Part shown: in pieces, positions 55,790 through 64,000 of the stretch
How the letters are laid out: every line of letters begins with the position of its first letter
Numbering within the stretch: the first letter of the stretch is position 1
Assembly: GCA_951406725.2 (NCBI GenBank)
Contig: OX597825.1
Location: forward strand, 68,076,001 to 68,140,000
Direction: 5' to 3'
Source: Octopus vulgaris
Taxonomy: Eukaryota
DNA length: 64,000 nucleotides
Program-made: the position numbers and the translations under genes
Notes under the pieces: model-generated
Told to the model about the DNA's origin: nothing
Database searches by the model: none
What the model saw: the letters and a program-made list of their open reading frames with translations, nothing else

Positions 55790-55821
<32 letters not shown>

Positions 55822-55893
55822 ATGGTGATGGTGATGGTGGTGGTGGTGGTGGTGATGGTGGTGGTGGTGGTGGTGGTGGTGGTGATGATGATG

Positions 55894-55962
<69 letters not shown>

Positions 55963-56133
55963 GTGAAGGTGATGATGATGGTGATGGTGATGGTGGTGGC
56001 GGTGGTGGTTGTGGTGATGGTGGTGATGATGATGATGATGATGATGGTGAAGGTGATGATGATGGTGATGGTGATGGTGGTGGTGGTGGTGGTGGTGGTG
56101 GTGGTGATGATAATAATAATAATAATAATAATA
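55748..56133. repeat. (AAT)/(GAT)/(GGT) compound triplet array
   Basis: Direct reading. Confidence 0.95.
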
Positions 56134-56739
56134 AATGAACAAATGGTTGAGGAAGAAAGTACAGCTAACATTCAGCAAAAAGACTGGATACAAGTCGGAT
56201 CGATGGGGAAATGATTCAGAAATTAACGATCCGTAAGGAAGAATGATAACAGCATTGAAGGAGGAGGAAGAGGAGGAGGAGGAGGAGGAGGAGGAGAAAG
56301 ATTATATGTATAAGATCAACAAAGAGAGAGAGAGCGGTGGTGGGAGGGGGAGGATAGAGGAAAAACGGTGAGTGAAAGTGGTGTGCGGTTGGGGGGTGGG
56401 GTGAGGGGTGAGGGGGTGGCTGCAAAAGAAAAACTTGATAGGAAAGGAAAAGAGAGAGTTATCGACAAAACGGATGAAGAAAGGATTATGGGGGGGGGGG
56501 AAACAGGGGCAACGAATGATTGAATGCGAGTGGAGATGCTGAGAGACGGAGAAACTAGTAACAGAGATGGAGATAGAGAGAGAGAGAGAGAGAGAAAATA
56601 AGGGAGTAAATAGATCCCAAAAGAAAAAAAGTGCACAAAAACTGGTAAAAGAAAAAGGTATATATATATATATACATACACACACATGCAATGCATACAT
56701 ACATACTTATATATATATATTGTGTGTGTGTATATATAT

Positions 56740-56857
<118 letters not shown>

Positions 56858-58020
56858 CACACACATGCAATGCATACATACATACTTATATATATATTGT
56901 GTGTGTATTGTGTGTAGTGGTGAGCGCTTGCATTTTACAAATGAAGAAAAAAAATGTATCCAATTCATAAAATAAAGTTTGAATATATTTTGTTAGAAGC
57001 AGAAGCTTTCTGAATCGTTTACTCGGGGTTCCGTGTTGTCGATTATTTAAATAAGTTGTTTAAATAATCGGTAACAACAGAGGCTATCTTATAAGACTAT
57101 GAATGAATCCATTTACAAAGTACTTCAGATCCAAAATGAAGTTCCACCATAATTATGGATTCACAGAATTACCAAACTGGAATCATTTACACACACGTTC
57201 ATGTATACATACATGTATATACACAAACACATATCACACATTATCTAGTTTGCGAGAAACTGCTTTAGTTTCATGCTCGAAGAAAGAAACCTGGCTTGGG
57301 ACAGAATAAGTAGCACGTGTCGTTTGAAGAAGAGGAAAAGAGAGAAAGCAATGTATAATGCTATACAAACAGTAAACTTCATCAAGCCTCTTGTTACTTC
57401 TTATGGATTTCCCTTTACATTCAGTAAAATGTTTTAAGCGAAAGCGTAACACATTTCTCGACATGTTGATTTTATACTGCAAGGTCAGCAGAGGCGAATG
57501 TTCTTTGCATTAGAGAGCATATAAAACAAATGTTGCATAGTTTGTGGCTCTGTGCAATAATGCTTATCGGAATAGTTGTATCTAAATATAGACTAGATGT
57601 TACTTTGGTTCTGCAAAGGAAAAAAAACTTTCTCGTCTCGGTTCTGTTTACAGCAATCGCTTTACTATCGCTCACAAAAGGCACAAAAATTGTAAAATTA
57701 TCGGAAGATTCATGTATTGGTCTTCGGTGTTAAAAACGAAAGGGTTTTTTTTTTTTTTTTTTTCAAATTTACTTTCCAAGAACTGGCAATAACAGTTCTC
57801 TCTATAAATGCTCATTTTCTTGTTCAGCAGTTCCTAATCTGGGATCTGCTGACTCTTCGAAGTCCACTAAAGGAGTTCCATGGCCTATGTTTGAATAATT
57901 TCTAAGGCTACTTTGCTAAATGTATAATTACTTAGCTACGTGTAATTACTCAGTTAGGTGTATCTTTCAGTCAAGAGATGAAACTGAGTAAAGAAATTGA
58001 TTGTTAATTAATAAAATTAG

Positions 58021-58175
58021 GTACGGGCATGGCAGTGCGGTTAAGAATCTCGCTTTGAAATCACACGATTTCCGGTTCAGTCCCACTGCATGGCACCTAG
58101 GCAAGCGTCTTCTACAGCTCCAGGTTAACCAATGCCTCGTGAGTAAATTTGGTAGACAAAAACTGTGTGGAAGTC

Positions 58176-58224
<49 letters not shown>

Positions 58225-58462
58225 TTTGTCTGTGTGTGCGTGCACCATTGGGTCTGTGTTTGTGCCCTTGTGTCTGTGTTTGTCATTATCCCCACCGCTT
58301 GACAACCGATGTTAGATTGTTTATGCTCCCTAAACTAAAGGTTCGGCAAAAGAGACAGGTAGAATAAGGACCAGACTTTTAAAAAAAAAACATCAGTACA
58401 GGGGTCAATTTGTTCGACTAAAACCCATCATGGCCGCAATCCAATGATTGAAACAAGCACAA
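58021..58462 (+). mobile_element. Diverged family A SINE
   Basis: GGTTCAGTCCCACTGCATGGCACCTAGGCAAG core, internal (TG)n. Confidence 0.75.
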
Positions 58463-58745
58463 GATAACCGATAAAATCGGTTTGTTAAGCAAATGAACTT
58501 TTTAAGAGTTAGGGCTCTCAAGAAAAATTCATATGAATAAAAGGGGTTCTTAGTAGTGAAAAATTTAAGGGCCACTGTTCTGATTAATGTAAACGTATAT
58601 TGAGTGTGATGTAATATCTCAATATAAAATATGACTTTATGGTAGATGCAGATGTGGAGTAGAGTTTGGCACTGTCTCATTGTTTCTTAAACAATGCTTT
58701 TTTTTCTAAAACTTGACTGAATTTTATTAATATTTGCTACCGCTG

Positions 58746-58773
58746 TCATCGTCATCATCACCACCACCATTAC

Positions 58774-58821
<48 letters not shown>

Positions 58822-58920
58822 TATCATCATCTTCACCATCATCAACATCATCATCAACTTCATCACCATCATCATCATCATCTTCACCATCATCAACATC
58901 ATCATCAACTTCATCATCAC

Positions 58921-58954
<34 letters not shown>

Positions 58955-58984
58955 TTCACCATCATCACCATCACCATCATCATC

Positions 58985-59016
<32 letters not shown>

Positions 59017-59216
59017 CATCATCATCTTCATCATCATCACCATCATCATCATCACCATCAACATCACCATCATCACCATCATCACCATCATTACATCACC
59101 ATCACTACAGTCGAAGTCATCATCATCATCATCATCATCATCATCTTTATCAACATCATTACTACCATCACCACCATCACCATCATCACCATCATCATCA
59201 TTATCACCACCATCGT
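58746..59216. repeat. (CAT)n array
   Basis: Direct reading. Confidence 0.95.
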
Positions 59217-59911
59217 CGCCTTTTATTCGTTGTATCAAAGAAACCAGTAAAACAATGCATTAATTAAACACAGCCTCGAGATATGCAGCTATTTTGGAAG
59301 ATTTGGAGTTAAATATGGCATAAAGATATGTTGTGTGTATGTGCAGCATAAGTGCCTGTGAACTGTGTATGTGTATAGTGTACGTAACTGTGTTGTGTAT
59401 GCGCGTATGTATGTATGTATGTATGTATGTATGTATGTATGTATGTATGTGACAGTGTAACGTATATGATGGTGCAGTGTGTATGTGTGTGTGTAAGTGA
59501 AGTGTATGTATCAACGAAGCTTATGTCTCAGAGTAGTGTATGTAACGGTGAACTGTATGTAAGTGTAGCGCGCGCATGCGTGTGTGTCTGCCTGCACATG
59601 TAATAAACTGAGTATTACTTTAATCTGCATCCAGTAGTGGAGACCTAGTTCAAGAGTTCCTGGGGTTTGAGTAGTGCGGAACCACTTTTTACCCATTGCT
59701 GTTCCTATGTTAACTCTGACCCTGAGTAGTAGCACTTGTTGGGGTCCTAGCTAAGGGTTAATTAACATATTAAGGCTTACCTGCGTGTGCATGTGAAAAC
59801 ATGGATCTGGAGGATTCTGCAGGAGAATCTTTCATGGTTCAAAGAAGGGGAAGGCGACTGCAGCAACACATAGTGAACTGCAGAGTGCAAGGTGAGGCAG
59901 TAACTCTCATT

Positions 59912-60385
59912 ATACTAAGGTCATAATTATGGGTGACAATTTCATATGACACCGCTAGAAAAAACTGCCATTTTCGCTAGCGGTGTCATATGAAATTGTC
60001 ACCAATAATTATGACCCTAGAATCGATCTATTGCATTTCAATCTATTTTAGATTTAGGGTTAGTTAGGGTTAGGGTTCGGGCTAGGGGTGGGGGGAAGGG
60101 TATCTTTATTTCTTCACAAATGTAAATAAACCCAATCTGTTTCTTAAACGAGGGACATATTCATACGGCACAGAATGCTTTCACCTCAATAGACGGTCAT
60201 TGATTGGTTAAAATTGCCGAAATGCAAGAAATTAAAGACGAAATATGTTACAAACTACAGAATTTTCTCAAGAAAGCCAAGAGTAAATGATGTTTTATAA
60301 ACACATTCTACCAGTATACGAAGTTTAAAATTTTTTAGTTATCTAGAAATTATGTTAAAAACTGCCGTTCAAACAGAAAAGATCC
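59912..60385. mobile_element. Palindromic Merlin-like MITE, left arm truncated
   Basis: Same family as 54492-55076; centre near 59968; ends AAACAGAAAAGATCC. Confidence 0.8.
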
Positions 60386-60533
60386 TGGCACTTTTCAAAC
60401 ACGGTCGAAGATTCATCGTTTTGTCAATGGACCCGGAAGTTGTTGTTCGCAAACAGCAGCAGTAATTTTCTTCAGCTGAATACACGTCATTGATTGCTTA
60501 AAATTACCCAAATACGACAACTTTAACACGAAA

Positions 60534-60909
60534 TCTCTCTCTATATAAACGGCAGTTTGTCTGTCTGCGTGTCTGTTAGGTTGTACCCTCACCCTGACCA
60601 CGGCTTTCAACTGATTCTGATGAAACTTGACACACACATAGCCCAATGTCATAATTCAAAACTAACGCAGCGAAAATTTTGAAAAGTTCCCCCAGTTCTG
60701 AAAAAAATCGATAAATTCGACATGGGGTCGAGAATCAGAAACACAAACCACAGACTGTCATGGGGACGCAACTCGACCTCTTTAACTCTCAAAAAAAATT
60801 TGCCATAATTTTTTTTCCATTTTTTTGCTATTTTTTGGCTATAACTCTCTAAAAATGCCTTATAGTTATTTCCCTTACAAACCCGAGCAACGCCGGGCGA
60901 TACTGCTAG
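60534..60909 (+). mobile_element. Non-autonomous Helitron
   Basis: 5' TC, subterminal hairpin CCCG-AGCAACGC-CGGG, 3' CTAG. Inserted precisely between A and T of the host MITE sequence CACGAAA|TAACTTC (uninterrupted at about 37420), with no TSD. Confidence 0.88.
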
Positions 60910-62363
60910 TAACTTCTAAAATACAAAATTTTGTCAAAAACGTAAACCCTGTTCTACATCACACATCCTACCAGTATCCGAAGTTTCAAAGTGTTTAGTT
61001 TTAAAAAATTAATTAATTAAAGAACCTGTACGTCAAATCCAATCTATGTATGCAGTGGCTTACAGTCAATAACTAAACACCATAGGACCTAGTGCATTGA
61101 TTAGCTCAGGGCCTTATTAAAATGGTGCTAAGATGGCTCTGATTGTGAGTCTCACTTGAACTTTGTAGAAGGGTTAATGGTCGTTGGAAGCCATAATTTT
61201 TTCCTGGTTTGGAAGAGAGAAAGTTCACTCTAAAGTGTGGTCTTTGATTTATGACAAAATGAGAAGCCATCAGTACAGCACCCACCATTACGATCTCGGA
61301 ATGGCGTGGACTGACAGATTTTAAGGATCAACGTTTGTATAGGGCTAAACTTTTTGAGGTTCTTTTTTTTTTCCCCCAATTAATTTCTCCATTAATGCAA
61401 CAAATTAATTAATTTATTAAGAACAAAATGTTGTTTTTTTTAATATGCCGCAGTAATATTAGGTTGTTTGGTCGTGATGGTGGTGGTGGTGGTGGTGGTG
61501 GTGGTGGTGGTGGTTGGGGTAGCAGTGGTGCTGAAAATATGGAGAACGCGGAAAGGAAAGCGAGAGAAGAAACCTGTTGCTGCTGTTATTAGTTCCAGGA
61601 CAAGGCGTTCCAGCTGTGGCAGTGCCGTCTTAATATGTGTGTGTGTGTGTGTTTCCAATGTGGCCCTTGTTTTGTTTTTTTTAAATAAATAATGCGGTGT
61701 GATTTGGCTGCTATTTTCAGCAGGTCGATCGATCACAGATAATTCCTTCAGTAGTGGATGATAATGATGATAGTGGTGGTGGTAGAGGTGGTTACGACGG
61801 CGGCAGTGGTGGCGTTCAGATGGTGATGATGAAGAGCAGGAGGAGGGGAGGAAAAGGATTAAAATAATCTACAATGATTGCTACAACAGCAACAAAAACA
61901 AATTAATCGCATCTCAAGAGTTTCACTTAGTAGTTTTAACCTTTAACCTCGATGTTTTTGGAGGGAAAAAAAATTGGGGCAACGGAAGATGAAGGGTGTG
62001 CGGGGAAACAAGGGGCGGTAAATGGAGTGATGGATAAAAAAAAAAACTTAGTCAGAATATCGATTTGAAGACGGATACAAATTTAGGCTAATTAAGATAT
62101 CCTTTTTAAATTAGTCCGGGAAACATTGATGAAACTAATCGGTAGGATGTGTGAGTGAAGTGTTGCAAAGAAAAGAATGTTGTGAAAGTAATAGAGCCTT
62201 TTAAATTTTCCTGTTCTCACTCACTATCTATCAGCCTAATTGTCTATCTGTCTGTCTGTCTGTCTCTTGTCTGTCTGCCTGTCTCTCTTTCTCTACGTAA
62301 TTATGTAGGATTTTTGTTATGTGAATACGTGTACTAGATAGACATAGATAAAAAAAGGCAGCT

Positions 62364-62975
62364 GGATCTTTTCCTTTTGAACGGCACTTTGTAACATAAT
62401 TTCTAGGTGACTAAAAAGTTTTAAACTTTGTATACTGGTAGAATGTGTTTATAAAACATCATTTTTTTCTCTTGGTTTTATTGAGAAAATTCTATAGTTT
62501 GTAAGATATATCGTCTGAAATTTCGAGCATTTCGGCAATTTTAACCAATCGATTACCTCCATTGAACTAAAATCATTTGCTGCGTCTAAAACTGAGACAA
62601 CATCCTGTCACTAACCCTAAACCTCACCCTAACCCTAAATTTCTTTTCTTAATTGTTAAATTAATTTAATTGTTACGCGTTTTTTTACACGCGTAACAAT
62701 TAAATTAATATAACAATTAAGAAAAAAAAATTAGGGTTAGGGTGAGTGACAGGATGTTGTCTCAGTTTTAGACGCAGCAAATGATTTTAGCTCAATTAGA
62801 GGCGATTCATTGGTTAAAATTCGAAAAATTAAACTACGTTAAACAAACGAATTACAATTTTTATCAAGAAAGCCAAGAGAAAAAAATGTTTTATTTTGAC
62901 ACATTCTACCAGTATACGAAGTTTTAAAGTGTTTAGTTTACTAGAAATTGTGTGCCGTTCAAAAGGAAAAGATCC
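62364..62975. mobile_element. Complete palindromic Merlin-like MITE
   Basis: GGATCTTTTCCTTTTGAACGGC ... GCCGTTCAAAAGGAAAAGATCC; 8-bp TSD A[G/A]GCAGCT; internal CCCTAA/TTAGGG units. Confidence 0.85.
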
Positions 62976-63010
62976 AAGCAGCTCATTACTTTCATGTACA
63001 CGCACACATA

Positions 63011-63054
<44 letters not shown>

Positions 63055-63120
63055 TGGAGTTATATAACATTCTGTTGGACCTCCAGTGCGAAACTGTTTG
63101 GTAAGATCGACCGTAATGGA

Positions 63121-63417
63121 TGGCGAGCTGGCAGAAACGTTAGCACGCCGGGCGAAATGCGCAGCCGTATTTTCGTCTTGCGGGTAGTAAAGAAATAAGT
63201 ATTTCGTCGGCTAAACACAGAGGGGACAAACAAGGACAGACAGACGGATTAAGTTGATTATATCGAGCCCAGTGCGTAACTGGTACTTAATTTATCGACC
63301 CTGAAAGGATGAAAGGCAAAGTCGACCTCGGCGGAATTTGAACTCAGAACGTAACGACAGACGAAATACGGCTACGCATTTCGCCCGGCATGCTAACGTT
63401 TCTGCCAGCTCGCTGCC
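63121..63417. mobile_element. Two family B SINEs fused tail-to-tail (inverted pair, plus copy internally deleted)
   Basis: Plus-strand head at 63121 and minus-strand head ending at 63417 are complementary. Confidence 0.8.
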
Positions 63418-63506
63418 ATTTTATTAACCAAAATAGTGACTACTCTGGTGTAATGGTTTTCTTTCACTGAATAAACACGAAGTGGATGACAAATAAAAAA
63501 ATTTTA

Positions 63507-63995
63507 GGCGAAGTTTCGCTTGTCGTAGCACACGTTTCCGTCGATTTCCTCCGTCGATTTCCGTAAAAAATGTAAACACTGAATCGGCCATACATACATA
63601 CATACATACATACACACACACATACATAGATACATACACACACACATACATACACACACACACATACATAGATACATACACACACACATACATGCAGACA
63701 TACATATACACATACACCGAGTAAAAAATTTCAGTTATCTCTCTCTTTCACACATTACTCTCTCTGTCTCTTCGCACACACTAACAGAAGCACTTCACTT
63801 ACACAACATACTGTCTGTCTCCCACACCCCATCAAACACACACACGGGGACTTCAAAGAGAAATTTCCTCGTCATAAAATCGCTTCCTTTTAGTCTCTTT
63901 CGCTCTCATTACTTATGTAAAAAAATAAAAGTTTTTTACGGAAATCGACGGAGGAAATCGACGGAAAATTGTGCTACGACAAGCGAAACATCGCC
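63507..63995. mobile_element. Merlin-like MITE related to 50727-51171
   Basis: GGCGAAGTTTCGCTTGTCGTAGCAC ... GTGCTACGACAAGCGAAACATCGCC; left flank AAATTTTA, right flank AAATT (window ends), consistent with an 8-bp TSD. Confidence 0.85.
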
Positions 63996-64000
63996 AAATT

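Noticed and set aside
59770-59900. Possible exon (minus-strand CAG|GTAAG at about 59780; plus-strand MDLEDSAGESF...|GTGAG)
   Set aside because: Splice-like signals on both strands but no recognisable protein similarity; not supportable without RNA data.

Overview
Eukaryotic, AT-rich, microsatellite- and transposon-dominated genomic DNA. From recall, the SINE families match those of Octopus (coleoid cephalopod). The long ORFs in the supplied track are nearly all simple-repeat artefacts or transposon remnants. The only host-gene signal I can support is a 118-nt first coding exon of an alpha-arrestin (ARRDC/TXNIP-type) gene on the minus strand (29862-29745), which the ORF track misses. I found no second arrestin exon, so positions 1-29744 are probably one very long intron. 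The rest is a layered transposon landscape: a full-length dead mariner, RTE/Rex3/CR1 LINE remnants, a gypsy gag remnant, probable solo LTRs, a Penelope-like RT remnant, hAT, piggyBac, Tc2 and Merlin-like MITEs with TSDs, a non-autonomous Helitron and several tRNA-derived SINE families. The most notable observations are: (i) a set of type I hammerhead ribozymes sitting beside microsatellites and long fold-back palindromes, two with complete canonical cores and several in the sense orientation of the putative arrestin intron; (ii) a twin-priming (5'-inverted) RTE insertion with TSD; (iii) a left-to-right change in CpG decay of the same repeat families, suggesting germline gene-body methylation; (iv) minisatellites born inside LINE coding remnants. 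All coordinates were read by eye, and repeat boundaries are approximate.
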